Origin: Octopus vulgaris
Lineage: Eukaryota
Length of the DNA stretch: 64,000 nucleotides
Assembly (NCBI GenBank): GCA_951406725.2
Contig: OX597815.1
Span: forward strand, 42,036,001-42,100,000
Direction: 5' to 3'
Positions within the stretch are counted from its first letter, which is position 1; the number at the start of each line of letters is the position of its first letter. Position numbers and translations under genes: made by a program. The notes beneath the pieces are model-generated. The model was given only the letters and a program-made list of their open reading frames with translations, did no database searches and was not told where the DNA came from. Of the stretch, positions 30,939 to 45,300 are shown piece after piece.

Positions 30939-31165
30939 CAGGGTTGACCAAAAGTCACCTGGCAGTAAATATAAAAAAAAAAAATTCCAAAATTTATGCC
31001 TAACAACTGAATGAATTTAATAAAAGCATCTAAATATGAAACATGGAAATTGTTCAAACTGAAGTCCTTCTTGAGCGACACCTTTTCCCATTCAAGTCAA
31101 TACAGAATTACAGATAGTATTTATGGAATTTTCATTTACTGTCGGTTGACTTTTGACCAACCCTG
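30939..31165. mobile_element. Tc1/mariner-type MITE
   Basis: TA-cagggttgaccaaaagtca ... tgacttttgaccaaccctg-TA. Confidence 0.8.
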
Positions 31166-32685
31166 TACATTAATAAAGATAAGTTTAGCACATTAAATTG
31201 ATGTTTCCCACTCACACGCACGTGTTATTGCCGAGGATTTTTCAGATTTTTTTAGCCAAAAAAAATGTAAAAAGTAAAAATTTCACCCCACCTACATCTT
31301 TCCCTTTCCGGCCCGATTTTAGTTTTGTGGGCACCATGCACTTAAAAACCATAGAAGCTTTTTTAGTAAAGAAGAAAAAAAAAATTCAACGTAAAACTGC
31401 GTATCCCATGACCAGTAAAATTAGGTTTCAGAAGAAATTTGTTAATAGCATGAGTTTATGCTATTAATGGGGAGAAAATATTGAAAAACATCAATGCTTG
31501 TCAGTGAAAAAGAAATAAGGTGATCATAGGATATGCTAGAAACAGCCAAATCTCCTTTTAATCACACTTTTTCATCTGAAAATATTTCCTTTTTAACTGA
31601 AAATGCTTCTATAGTTCTTAAATGTGTAGTGCCCAGAAAATCGGTAGCGTAGTAGGTTAAAAAACCCCCCATTTTTTGCAAATTTTCCAGGGGCACCATG
31701 AAAGAAGAATCTGTCAAAATAGAAATTCCAACTTGTTGGTGCTTCCTAAGTTTGACGTTCGCTAAATTGTGTACAGATTTTGTATTAGCAGTTAAATAAC
31801 TGATTTAAAATATTTTTTGTTTTGTTACTTTATCTTGCTTCAGTCATTGAAATGTGGCCATGCTCGACCACCACTTTGAAGGGTTTAGTTGAACAAATTG
31901 ACTCGGGAATTGTTTTTTTTCTTGAAAGTTTGGTACTAACTGTATTTGTCTCTTTTTGCTAAACTACTAAAGGGGGATGTAAACAAACCAATACTGGTTG
32001 TGAAGTGGTAGTGGAATAAGCATACAGGTACACACATGACTGGCATCTTTCAGTTTTTGTCTACTAAATCCACTCGCAAAGCTTTAGGTGGCCCAGAGTT
32101 ATAGCAGAAGACACTTGCCATGCAGTAGGATTAAATCCAGAACAATGTAATTAGTAGATTTATGGAGAGAAATATTTGTTTCTATTTACAGGTGTTTATC
32201 TTTCTATTTCCACTTTCTAAAAGTCTAATTGCTTCTATCTTTTTTTTTTTCATCACGTCCTGGTTTGTATACTAAATTTTAATGCACTTTCTTTTCTTTC
32301 CATTCTATTCTTCAGAATCTTCTGATTCTTGGAAACTTGGATGCTTGCTTGAATGAATTCCTTTTATATTCATATTGGCTCACTAATTTTGGAAATAATG
32401 TATGTGAAATATTAAAGAAGATCTTTATCTTGAAATGATTTATGTACTTTGTAAAAAAGAAAAAAAAGAAAAATATTAAGAACCTTGAGATAAAACATTC
32501 AATTTTCTACAGAAACCACGTTCTGAAAATTTTTGAAGGAAGGAAAGAACTAATTCAAATTTTTAATAAATACCCAAGACATTGGAAGGATTTAATTGAG
32601 AAGATGAGCTAGCTACTTGAGCTGGAAGTGTTGTAAGATAAACATCTATTTGGCTTTGCTTTTGTCTTCTAATACGGAGTTAAAC

Positions 32686-33477
32686 ATGTCTGCAGCTCCA
32701 AATAATAGGAAGAGAAAACGACTTTCAAATGCTTCAAATAAAGAGAACTCGTTCTGTGATTTAAATGTCTCTAATTCAGCTGTTAACAACAACTTGACCT
32801 CTTATTCATTTGAATGCCATAATACAGCAAACTTCTGTGAATACTTTGAGAGGCCATACTCTTTCAACTTTTTCCCAGCTGATTTAGTTAATAGGGAACC
32901 ACCCTCCTACTATGACGAAAGTCAACTTCAAAAACGGCGCAGATTATCTATTACTCAACTACAAAGACCTCCAGATATTCCACCACTCTTTTATCAAAAA
33001 GTAGAAGAAATTGTCCATTCAATTGAAGTCATTCACGAGAATGTTCTTTTTAACTTGATGCAAATGAGGAACATGAAAATGGATGAGATGAGCTCAAAAT
33101 TCAATACATTGGCAGAAGAAGGACCAGTTAATCCCGAAGCAAATAATCCACAGCCAAGCAATGATTATTTTGCTGCTCAGTATTTTTATCAGCAGTCATT
33201 GAAAAATGATTTTTCTGCTAAGATGAATGCAATTGCTAATTTCTATAGTCAGCATAAAGATCGTCTTACATTCCAAATTAATTGTATCATGCAGCAAATT
33301 AGAGATTTCTCTATGTTCTCAAATGATTCTATGAGTATCCAAGTACCTGTACCGAAAGGGCCATGTTCCACAAATGACTATTTTCTGTCTTATGATTTAA
33401 TTACACTTCCTTTTTATATGGCAGCTGATTTTATTAAAGAGGAATCAATATACACATCTTATTATCTACACATGTAG
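32686..33477 (+). CDS. Uncharacterised 263-aa protein, apparently single coding exon, with basic NLS-like motifs
   Basis: Long ORF in AT-rich DNA; first ATG in aaacATGt context with upstream in-frame stop at 32605; RKRKR and KRRR motifs; candidate acceptors at 32315 and 32512 and candidate 5' UTR exon 27803-27842 (ag...gtaagt). Confidence 0.6.
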   Translation: MSAAPNNRKRKRLSNASNKENSFCDLNVSNSAVNNNLTSYSFECHNTANFCEYFERPYSFNFFPADLVNREPPSYYDESQLQKRRRLSITQLQRPPDIPPLFYQKVEEIVHSIEVIHENVLFNLMQMRNMKMDEMSSKFNTLAEEGPVNPEANNPQPSNDYFAAQYFYQQSLKNDFSAKMNAIANFYSQHKDRLTFQINCIMQQIRDFSMFSNDSMSIQVPVPKGPCSTNDYFLSYDLITLPFYMAADFIKEESIYTSYYLHM

Positions 33478-36400
33478 AGTGAATGATTTGACATAAATGT
33501 TGGGACACCAGATGGGTTCACGGTATTGAACTTGGTACCACATTCATTCAAGTGCAACTGATCTGACTTTGCTTTTCATTCATTTGGAATAAGTACCTGA
33601 TTGTTTTGACTAACCTAACTCACTCTACTACACAACTGGCCATGATTGTTGGAAAAACACCTCAGAAATCATTCAGATTTGAAGTAATTTTGATCCATTT
33701 TGTGATAAAAGATTGTGGAATTTTTGAAAATCTGTAAAGGAAATGCAGCATTTAAAATGTTTATAGTTTGATGCTATACACATTGGAGACTTAGGTTAAA
33801 GAAGAGAAAAATAATTCTTAAATAATTTATATATTTTTGCAAGTGATTTCTCTTCAAACTTTCAAAATGCATGTAATAGTTGGACATTGGTATATTCTTC
33901 AGTTCCTATGGAAAACTATGGTTTTTTAAATCACAGTATTGATATACTCTAATTGGTTCTTGTGACTGTTGTAGCTTACAAAATAGAACTGCATTGCTGA
34001 TATGGGAACAGTCATGCCAATCTATTTAGTCATTTATGGTTTCTGTTCTAAGTAACATTGATGTTTGTGATATCTCTGACTTTTGGCTTGCCTGTGTCAA
34101 GTTATGTATTTAACTGATAAATGTCATGCCATTACCATACCACTTCACATGGTGGTAAATTTTGGAATGTGTTTAGAATTTGTAGGTGCTTGTTGTAAAA
34201 ATAGTTGGTCAATTTGATTTGACTGTCAACTGTATTGCTTTTTCAACTAAAGATATACAAATATTACATAGCTACAATTCATCATTCTGGTTGTTGACCT
34301 ATCAACACCTATTTCTATTTGATTTTCTTCTCCCTTTATCGTCTCTACATGCATATCTTCATTCTGTCTCATATCACTAATTCATCACTGTTTTCCTTCC
34401 CACATTAACACTCTGGTCATTGAACGTTGATAATCATTGGGTTATTGCCCTTACTCTTCACATCTATTCTTACTACTCTCCAACTTTTTTTTTTTTTAAA
34501 TTCTTAAATTTTTTCCTCCTTCAAACAAAGGGTCATATCTGTGATGTCAGAATCCTTATCTTTGGTGCAGCATACAAACTCCATCAAATATCTGAACTTT
34601 AAACAAATTTTGCTCATGCTGATGACCACTAATTTTCTCTGAATCTTGTTTTATACATCAAATGAAGTTTGCTGTTTGTGTCATCATTTCCCTGAACGCC
34701 GTGAGAAACGTATCTCTCTTCATTGCCAATAGCGATGGACTGGTCACTGCCCATAGCAATCAATTGGGCAGAATTCCTGTTAGCTTACAGCATCGAAAAA
34801 TTTTTAGGCAATACTGAGGAATATGTGAGGAAGTGGGCAGTGGGTAACCAAGCAAGAATCTATTATTTTATTGACAAGTTAGGGTTTGAATTCAATAATC
34901 TCTGAACTGGTTACTCTAAATATCCAAGCCAAAATTTTACATTCTTGGCCATTTCCACTGTTTAATTATAGGTTAGTGTTCATTTGATGGTGGAAGTAGT
35001 CTCACTGTTGTACAAGATCAGTGACAGCTTGAGGCCGAGTAGTATTTGAATTTGATGAGCTCCAGTGATACTTTAGACATGTGAATGAAATTAAGCTGCA
35101 TTGAATAGAAAAAAAAATCCTTCATTTCCTTCATGTAGTTACATCAATGTTTCTTCAGATCCAAAATATTGTTCAGCTTTGATAGTTAATTAATGAGATG
35201 TATTTATCCTTTGAATTACTACTCAATCCAGACTCCTTTACAATACTATGAGTAGCATTCAGGGTTTCTCAAAAACCTAGCCTAATGAAGTGCAATTGAT
35301 ATAAATGGGAACTTGCATCACCTAAATATTTGCTTATCACTGTTTCAAATTAAATACTTAATTACTAAAGCCAGCTATTATTCATTTTAGGTGGGATTCA
35401 TGTTAATAGCTAAAACCAACTTTCCATTTCAGCTCCAGACTGGCTTTTTATATAAAATAGATTCCATCTCATGGATGTTTCTTATTAGAAAACTTTCGAA
35501 TTATTTAGCAAATTTTTGTCATCAGTCTTTTGGCTTATGTATGACATGGCTTTGTAGTAAGTTTGCTTCTTAATCCACATGGTTCTGGGTTCAGTCCCAG
35601 GATCAACAAAAGACTTGTGTGGGGATTTGGTAAATGGGAACAACTGACAGAAACCTGTGTGTGTCCTTGACATTGTTGGATATATGTAAATGTTTGTCAC
35701 TGCTAAACAAGCAATGTCATTCATTTCCAATATCCTGTGAGAACCTGTCACATCATCAGGAAATATTACCTTTCTTGGAAACAGGAAGGGCAATCAGTCA
35801 CTGAAAATCTGCTTGAATTAATTCCATCCAACTGATGCAAGTATGGAAAAGTGGTCAGTAAAATGACACGTTTAATTCTGGTTTCAGAATATTGTCTTTG
35901 TTTTCTGTGCACTTTATAGAAAATATGAATATTTTGGTGCACTTTGTGTTGAATCAAAATATTAAAGTATATCTTTTATCCTATGAATAATTTATACAAT
36001 AGCATATTAAGTACAGTGCAAATGTTATCAACCCTGTGAAATTGGTACTCAAATTTAACTTTGACTCCCCAATTTGTGTTAATTATTACACTTGATCACA
36101 TCATGTGTTCTTTTGATGTTCTCAGGTGAAATTAATGACAAACCTGCACTTTTAAATTACAGGCACTTTCCAATTGATGGGGTTCAACAAAATTTCTGTC
36201 TATCCAATTATACTCAGAAGGCTTTGGTTGACATAAGTTTATGATGGGACACTTGCTTAACCCTTTAGTGTTCGCATTATTCTGCCAAAATTAATCCTTT
36301 TTTATCTAAATTGTTTTGAACTAATCATGCATTATCTTGTAGTTATGAGATTTCAATGAGGTAGCTGTTACTTTTGGCCGGATATGGCCGGTTTAAATGC

Positions 36401-36539
36401 TAAAGGGTTAAGATGCCATGCTGTGGGATTGAACCTCATATCTCATGATTGTGAAATAAACTGTTTAGCTATGCAGTATACTGTAATTTATCTGTTTCAT
36501 TACCATATTCATTTTGAGATGCTCTGTTTCTTTCAATTA

Positions 36540-37570
36540 ATCTCCTCCAAAGTTTCCAGGGCTGCCTGAATTGATTTCGAGGCTCTGACTCTGCCAGTTT
36601 TGTTTCAAGACTCTCGTTACCTCGATGATGGTGATTTTATCCTCCAGTCCCATTAGTAGGGCTGGAAGTAACCATACCACGTCAATTTCTGGCGGGATTT
36701 CTTCTATTTTCACTTTGGCCGTTCTTCTGTTGGTAAAGTATAATCTCGTTAGTTTTTATTGGTTTTAATGAGTGGATTTTTGCCTTCTTCTCATCTTTAA
36801 AATAAAGCACTATTGTGGCATATTTCTTTCCACGTGTAACATAATCTATATCACTCCAAATAGGTTGAAGGCACCTTTCTGCCTGTTCGTTGGTGACTTT
36901 TTCGATCTTTTTATCCTTTATTATGAAGGATTTATAGATGATGATTCTTTACTGCGTCTTTTTCAGGATATCACTTGGGAGGGTGGCCTTTGCATCGGTT
37001 CCCTCCCTCGTGTACATGTTTTTGTATTTCATATATTCGCTCTCATTTATATTTAGAACCTCTCTTTTTTGGCCAGCCGCAGCTGCAACATTTTTTGTTC
37101 GTTGCTTAAATCTTCACCGGTTTTGCTTGTTCTTTTCAGAAGCTGATTTTTCACAGGTTTGCTTGTTCTTTTCAGAATCGGTTTTAGCCGATTTTTCACA
37201 AATTTGTTTGTCATTTTTCTTTTCAATGGTTTTTCCAGAGGACGAACCTCTAACAGATGCAGTGGATGCCATTTCTACTGAGATCATTTTTTCCGCTGAA
37301 GCCACTAAGTCTTCAGTATTCATTTCTTGGGTTTTTTCGAAACAGAAAATGTATTTTTTGTGTAAAATCACAAATGAAGCACTTTTCCCATCATTGCAGA
37401 GGGGAACAACAGTTCTTTTTTTTTTATCTGTTATAAGACAGACACACAAGTCAAAAACCAACAAAAACGATAATTTTTAACAATTAATTCAGCTAAACAC
37501 TACTTACTGCAACACTCCAATACAAAATAAGTAATCCAAAAAAGAGAAAAGGCAACTCGACTTCACCGAT
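36540..37570 (-). mobile_element. Decayed 5' part (ORF1) of a Tx1-like element related to element B
   Basis: Minus strand RTAKVKIEEIPPEIDVVWLLPALLMGLEDK versus element B RTSKIRIEDIPPEIEVKWLLPALLMGLERK; VAAAAG motif; 5' motif aactcgac near 37555. Confidence 0.8.
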
Positions 37571-37992
37571 CTGCCTCAATGTCAGATTATCACATGATAT
37601 GGTCAGCCTAGTGCACTTTTGATTGGGTGTCAGAAGACGTGGCACACTGAGTAGAAACCCTCATCATACCAAGTCCATTGTGCAGAATATTCCCAACTTT
37701 CATCAGATATGCTAATAGCATTGGCTATTTGATTTACATTCAGTCGCCTGTCATCCATCACCATGTGATGGACGCAATGTTTTCTTTGGTGATGGCAGTT
37801 GCAGAGTGTGTAGACTTTGGGTCATCTTAAAGACCCTCCTTTCTCCTAAATTCAGCTGCACGCTTTTGCACTTGATAAAGTTGGAGTATCATTCTCTAAT
37901 GTAGCAACTGTCAGCAAGAATGTCTTTGGGGACTAAACCCTTTTTCTGCAGTACTTGATAACATCACTATGCCATATTTTGTCCATTTTCAA

Positions 37993-38381
37993 GGCGGCGA
38001 GCTGGCAGAATTGTTAGCACGCCGGGCGAAATGCGTAGCCGTATTTTGTCTGCCGTTACGTTCTGAGTTCAAATTCCGCCGAGGTCGACTTTGCCTTTCA
38101 TCCTTTTGGGGTCGATAAATTAAGTACCAGTTACGCACGGGGACGATGTAATCGATTTAATCCCTTTGTCTGTTCTTGTTTGTCCCCTCTATGTTTAGCC
38201 CCTTGTGAGCAATAAATAAGAAATGTTAGCATGTTTGGCGAAATGCTTAGTGGTATTTTGTCTCTTTTATGTTCTGAGTTCAAATTCTGCTGAGGTCAAC
38301 TTATCCTTTCAGGGTCGATAAATTAAGTACCAGTTGCGTACTGGGGGTCGATGTAATCGACTGGTTCCATTCCCCAAAAGA
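37993..38381 (+). mobile_element. Nested or dimeric pair of Nin-type SINEs inside one 20-bp direct repeat
   Basis: Full SINE 37993-38224 followed by a second head-truncated SINE; atattttgtccattttcaag at 37974-37993 and 38382-38401. Confidence 0.8.
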
Positions 38382-40299
38382 ATATTTTGTCCATTTTCAA
38401 GAGAGGTTGCTACTAGTTAAGTCTTTGAACAGTCAGTTGTCAGTTTACCTGGAAAGAAACAATACCGTTATTAATAAAAGTTGAAATTAATGCATGCAAG
38501 GTTTCACAGCTCTTGTATCACTCCTTCATAGTCGGCCTATGAAATTTTTAGCCCATCCTCATATATGCACAGCCAGGGTTTGCTTCTTTGTGTGGTTTTG
38601 GGTTCAGTCCCACTGTGAATGTCTTCTACTGTATCCTCGCACCAACTAATACTTTATAAAATAATTTTGTTGAAAGCAGCTGCAGGAAACGCATTGTGCG
38701 TATGTGTGTGTGTGCGTGCAAAAAATATGGCTGACTGGTTAAATTTGTGTCAATCACGAGGTCCTGGTTTCAGTACCACTGTGTGACATCTTGAGTATGT
38801 ACTCTTCTATAACCTTGGGTTAACCCATGCCCTGTGAGTGAAATTGGGTAGGCAGAAACTATAGAAACCTGTCGAGTGGATTGTACCTATAATTAAGAGG
38901 TATAGTCTTGTTACTGTGCCATGTTGATTCTGTTTGAAGATTACATTAACGGTACATTGTGTCTGGAATGCTCAGCTACTTAGTTAATTCTGTTGGTCGA
39001 ACAATTTAATCCTCGTTGAATGATGGAGGTTCATCATCATGTGTGCGCTAAAGTCGATATTCCATTCTTGTCACAAGGTGGTGGAGATGTTGGCATTCCT
39101 TGTTGATATTATGACTCGTTTCCCTGTGCTTTGGAAGACCTAGAACAAAACAATCCGTTACTTGAAAACAAGTTAGGGTTGGCGACAAGAGCATCACGCA
39201 ATAAGATTGTTCCTAAAACAACAACCCCTCTAACCTTCAGCTAGCTCCAGCTAGATCTTTCTTAGTAGAAACCATTAAATCTGATTCATTTGCATAATAC
39301 CAATGCAATCTGAAATTGGAATGGTTGACCTCCTTCCGTCCTACAGTTATAGTTGGTACAAAAAGAACCACTTAGTTTAGTATTCTGATTTGATTCTCGA
39401 TGCAGAATGTCCTTAATTCTCATTCCACACATCAGCCCTTATCTCTGCACTTTAGCTCTGCCAGTCTGTACTAACTGTTTCTGGCAGCATATGTGCTTCA
39501 CCCCTTACCTATCAAATTCCTAAGTGGGTAACTGAAACTATAATTGTAGGCATATCCATTCACATTCAACACCACAAACTCAGTACTCATAGTACTGTGG
39601 TTCGCTCATAGTTGTGTTGTAGCTGTTAAAAAACGGTGGCGTTTATGCAGAAAGAGGAAATCTGCAAGAACACTATTCGAACCATGAAAGATGACTTCGT
39701 ATATCGAACAATACTCCAAGTATACCACTTTCAAAAACTGCAGTCGATCCTTTTGTCTCATTCCCATAAGAAGCAACTTCACTAACCTTGTTCACCTTCG
39801 TTCTATCAGGTATAAAATGTTTTATAGCTGTTTTGGTCCCTGCCTATTTAACATCCCTTACTCAAAGCTAACTTATTTGAGATCAGACGTAGTGTTCTTT
39901 CTCTTCTGCCTTCTCTACTTCACCTCTCTCTGTTTATATGTGTGGGTGAAAGCGCGTGACTTAGTGGTTAAGGTATTTGTCCCACGATTGTAAGGTTGTG
40001 ATTTCGATTCCTGGCAGCACGTATCCTTGAGCAAAACACTTTATTTCATATTCGTCTAGTCCACTCAGCTGGCAAAAATAAGTTGTACCTGTAAACTCAA
40101 AGGGCCAGCCTTGTTACATTCTGTGTCACACTGAATCTTGCTGATAACTACATTAAAGGTACACACGACTGTGGAATGCTTAACTTGCACATTAATTTTC
40201 GCAAGCAGGCTATCCCTCGCAATAACTAACGGAGTGCCAGTTTATGTGTATGAGCATAATTCTCTGTGTGTGTGTGTGTAAGAGGAGATGGCAAAGTTT

Positions 40300-40706
40300 G
40301 GATCTTTTCGATTTGAATGGCAGTTTTTTCTAGCGGTGTCATATGAAAATGTCACCCATAATTATGACCCTAGTATCGATCTATTGCATTTCGATGTTTT
40401 AAGGTTAGGGTTAGGGGTGGGGGGAAGGGTATCTTTTTTTCGTCGCAAATGTAAATAAACCTATTCTGTTTCTTAAACAAGGGACATATTCATACGACAC
40501 AATGTTTTTTTTTTTACGTCAATAGACGTCAGTGATTGGTTGAAATAGCAGAAATTGAAGGAAAAAAAAACAACAAATATCTTACAAACTATAGAATTTT
40601 CTCAATAAAGCCAAGAGAAAAAGATGTTTTATAAACACATTCTACGTTTAAAATTTTTTAGTTACCTAGAAATTGTTAAAAACTGCCGTTCAAACCGAAA
40701 AGATCC
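40300..40706. mobile_element. MITE monomer with ~28-bp TIR, 8-bp TSD and internal TTAGGG repeats
   Basis: TIR ggatcttttcgatttgaatggcagtttt / aaaactgccgttcaaaccgaaaagatcc; TSD caaagttt at 40292-40299 and 40707-40714; superfamily (Merlin, hAT or MULE) not determined. Confidence 0.9.
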
Positions 40707-41489
40707 CAAAGTTTTGTTAATCCTGTTCAGTTAATGAATTGTAATGTGTCTGTCTCTCTCCCTCCCTGTCTGCCTGTTTCTATATTTCTGCATGTGTGTG
40801 TTTGACTCTAGTACTAAAAAGTACTGTCACCAAAGCAGGTTCAGTGCTCGGTTATCTGTTCCAAATCACCAACGTCCAAGCAGCCGCACTAGAACGTCTC
40901 ATTCTGGACTTATGGCACAAACTTCTGGAGAGAGTCATTGATAACAACCTCCTCCAACACATTGAGTCTGAGGATAGTTATGATACTGTATTCTGTTGAT
41001 CAATCAGTCTTTATTTTGTGAATCAAAGGATGTTTTCGCTATTTCATCACTGTTTTTTGATGCGGTTACTTCACTCCAATTACTACCAATTTTTTCAGAG
41101 CTATCTGAAACTTTAATCGAAATTTATCCCCCCAAATTTTGTTTTATCCTATAGTCTTATAAATATGTCACCGTTATAAATCTATTGATTATGGTAGCGT
41201 TGAACATATAATAACAATTACCTAAATTTCCTTGAGCAGTCCTTTGAAGTCAAAAAGGAAGCATAGGAAATAACTTGTATATGATTGAAAGTTTTGGACA
41301 ATATAGCCTTTGCGAAGTGCAGTGGATCTGGTATTCAAAAACCAGCTGGTGAAAGCAAGGGTCTTGTTTAGCGAAGCGTATTCTATTTATCAAAACTAAG
41401 AGTTAGTAGCAGTTATTGGCTAACCCCAGCCTGCGAGACTTGCTGGGTGGCACCTCTAATGTGTTTCCTTCTAAGGAAAAATTACTTTT

Positions 41490-42354
41490 AATTTTCTAGT
41501 CATCGTTTGCCTTTTCTGCTATTTCTTTCTCCATTGTAAATTCATATAATGGGCATTCTGCCCTTATATGACCTCTTGCTCCACATAAGTAACAATTCGG
41601 CCTTCTTCCCTCTACAATTACTCCAATTGTTCTTCCATTTTCCACCTCTATATGAAAGGGAATTCGCTCGATATCTTCTATTGTGGCCATCAGCCACAAC
41701 TCGACACCGAATCCCTTCCAGTTCACGACATTGGTTTCTGTAATAGACCCCAGTTCTATTTCATCTTCAGTCGACCCTAGAATGGCTGTCACCAGCCATT
41801 CCATTTTTATCTCCGGCGGTACGTTTGGATCTTAACCCTTACGCCTCGTCTTCCTTTGTATGTAGGTAGCATTATAAAATTTTCCGCTCTAAGTACAGTG
41901 GAAGATAGCGAGGCCGCCTCTTCACTTGTGGCACACCTCACTTCTTCCCTCTGCATACATATGTCGCTTTGTCCATTATGTCACCAAGACACTTTTCTAT
42001 ATCTTCTATCGATATTTGCATTAGTTTCTTCGAGTTCCTATCCTGTGTCCTGTATATTATCGTTTTGTTGTTCCTGCTGGAGGGATCAGCTTGACGCTTT
42101 CACCCTCCCCTTTTACGTATTTCTCATATTCCTTTATTTCTTCCCTCTTAAACGTTACGTATCTTATCACAAGCGACGTGCCATTTTTCGTTGCGGTGAC
42201 CCTCGCATATGTCTCCATTACTGAGCGTCGACGTTCTATGAAAAGTAACGACAAGCAGCGGCAAGCGCCTCGCACGATTCGATCCTGTTTCGTCTCTCTC
42301 TACAATTTTTCACTCTTCTTCACACAAAAAATGTCTTAACACAGCATAACATGG
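41490..42354 (-). mobile_element. Tx1-like element A: decayed ORF1 and 5' end only
   Basis: ORFs 41496-41804 and 42057-42275 with VEGRRPNCYLCGARGHIRAEC zinc knuckle; no ORF2 or tail found. Confidence 0.8.
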
Positions 42355-42370
42355 TGTCAGTATGACTGCC

Positions 42371-45300
42371 TATTTCTTTATTACCCATTAACGGGCTACA
42401 CAGAACGTACAAAACAATCACGAATGATTAATACATGCTTCTGGGGTCTGTTTAAAAATTGAGTGATGAATAAAAGTTCGAATGATGAAACAATTACATA
42501 GACAAATTTACAAAATGTAGTGGGGTGGGTCTATGGACCCCACGCTCCCCGCCACGACACTTGACCTTGTGTTTTTTTCCGGCCTATCTCGCATTTGTGA
42601 GGGACCATTTATTCACCACATTTTTCCACCTTTCATTAAACACTTTCTTACTCAGACTCCTCCTCTCTAGTTTTATATGCCTTTTCAGGTGGAATTTAAA
42701 ATATTCCACCAGGCCAGAACCAGAGATGAAGTCGTCTGTTATCTTCCCTTTCATCCTTGTCTTCCATACTGCCTGTTTCGCAGTTGAAACCACAGAGAGA
42801 AAACAATTCTTACCTTCTTTCGTTAAGAAATCCGCTGGGCTGATTTTTACTATGGATTCGGCTGATAGCTGTACTCTTCCTTCACCTGACACCAGTTGTT
42901 TGGCAAAAACCCACATATCTGCCACCCCCGGACACTGCACGATCGCGTGCGAGACGGTTTCCCTGTCTCGCCCACATCTCGGACAGGTCGGGCTGACTTG
43001 GACACTGTGCCTTGCGAGTTTGTCCCGAACAGGTAAAGCTCCTCGGTAACACTGCCAAGCCAAAGACTTCTGAAAATTATCCAGGGTCTTCGGCCTGAAT
43101 GTACGTTGGAACAGACTGGCCAGCTGATTATCGTCGAAACCTAGGGTTTCCCCTAGCGTATCATCGTTACCGGCCTCTACGAACCCTCTATAAAACACTG
43201 CGGTAGAACCACTGCCGCAGGCATTGCTTGAGCGATGGAATAGTCGGAGTGCCATGCGACACTCCGTATACCACGAACCAAACTTCGATCTGCGATTATA
43301 CCAGTCTTCCCGTCCACCGAAACTGGTGAACCTGGGGAATATCTGTTTCGCCAGCGGAGACCACACCTGTTCACCATCTAGATGGAGCCATAGGTGCCTT
43401 AGCCTCAGCACATTTCTGCGCATCATTAGCCACAGCATCCCTAGTCCACCCTTTAACGGTTTTTGACAACAAATAGAGCATCTCACAAGTGGTTTCGAGC
43501 CCTTCCACAAGAAGTGAAAGAGCTGTCTCTCCAACTTGATCAACCACGAATCCGGGCAAGGCGGTAGGTGATCACCGATGCGATAAACACATTGGCTACC
43601 TCCGCCCTACCTTTCAAGGATAACCACTGCCAAGACCAAGTCTTGGCTACTGCAGCCACCTTGCTCGATACCTTGCTCTAGTTCTTCTCTATTTGGAGGT
43701 CTGGACCAAACCCAACCCTGAGCAACTTAATCGAGCCCTCCGTCCAACGTCCCACGACGCTGCCTGGAGGCATCGACTTGCCTCTCCAGGTGCTGAGTTG
43801 CAAGCCGACTGACTTTTCACGATTAACTTTTGCTCCTGTCACCGTCTCGTAAACCTCTATGGCCTTGCCTACTTTACGTAGGAGGTCCACTTCGGTCACG
43901 ATGATAGTGATGTCATCCGCGTACGCCGAAACCGACATTTCGTGTCCTGGTAGCCTCGGGATGCCGCTCAGTTTTCGCAGCAGCGGCTCAAGAGCCACTA
44001 CATACAAAAACAGGGAGAGCGGACATCCCTACCGAGTCGACGTTGTCGTACATTTCTATAATCCACCTGAGGAAGCCAAGACCCAGGCCGAACTGAGCCA
44101 GAACGGACACCAGGTAATGATGGTCGACCCTATCGAAAGCCTTTGACTGGTCTAAATGGACCACTGCCCCTCCCTTGCCGGGATCGTTATTCATTCCCTC
44201 TATCGTGTATCTAATAAGATGGAGATTATCCTGAATGGATCTGCCCGGTACGGCGCACGTTTGCGCCTTACCAATCAGTCCATTCGCGACACGCGCCAAT
44301 CTGTTCGATAACACTTTGGCCAAAATCTTCAGCTCTGCGTTAAGCAGAGTGATGGGCCTGAAATTATCAATGACATCCCCCTTGCTCCGGTCCTTCCTGG
44401 CTAGTGTCACCACTCCCAGGCGCACAGATCTGGGAATAAACCCATTCTGCTGCCAGTTTGCGTAGACGTTTGCCAGTTAGTCCCCAAACAAGTCCGGCAT
44501 ACTTTTATAAAGCTTGTAGGGCAGACCATCCAGTCCCGGCGCCTTACCCGCACCGCAGTCTGCCATGGCCTCTATTACCTCCTTAGGTGTGATTGGCTCC
44601 TCACTACACTTCGCGTCCTGCTCCGAGAGGCGCGGCAGCCCGTCGAGGAGGTCCTATCCCCCCCCCCAAAGAGCTGGGCGAAGTGCTCCTGAAAAGCTTG
44701 ACACATCTCCTCGGGCTCGTCTGTCAACTTACCCTGTTGGTTCGTCAGAGATCGAATTGTAGCATCGTTGCCACGTTGGGCTTCCACCACTCGGGCCCAT
44801 CCCGCGGCATTAATTCCTTCGCTCCCCATTGCATGTTGTCTAGCCCTGACAATGCAACCCATGTGTTTGGCTTCGAGGTGCTGGTTTAAAACCAGTCTCT
44901 TGGCCCTCACCTGAGCCACATTGCCAGTTCGCATTGCTTCCTCTAAGTCCTTAACTAGTGTACTTTCCTTCCTAGCCTCTCTAGCTACAAGATCTATACC
45001 TAATAGACTCATATTTTATGGCTCGCTTGAAGGCATACCACCATTTGTTGTCTGGATCATTAACCTAATCCTGTCACTGTACTCCTTAATTGCCAAAAGG
45101 GACGTATTAAGTTTCCAGTAACCAGGACCTCTATCTTATCTACGTCTAGCCTACAGGTGACCATCTTGTGGTCACTGTAGCTGACTATGTGGAGCTGTGG
45201 ACTCTAACTAGGTTTCTATCTACCTTCCTAATTAATATCCTGTCTATGTATGACCTTAATGATCCGTCGCTGCTTGACCATGTCCACAATGGAGCGTCCG

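Noticed and set aside
37570-39700. Further decayed coding-like TE fragments (also ~19330-19700 and ~34600-34860)
   Set aside because: No motif could be assigned with confidence by eye.
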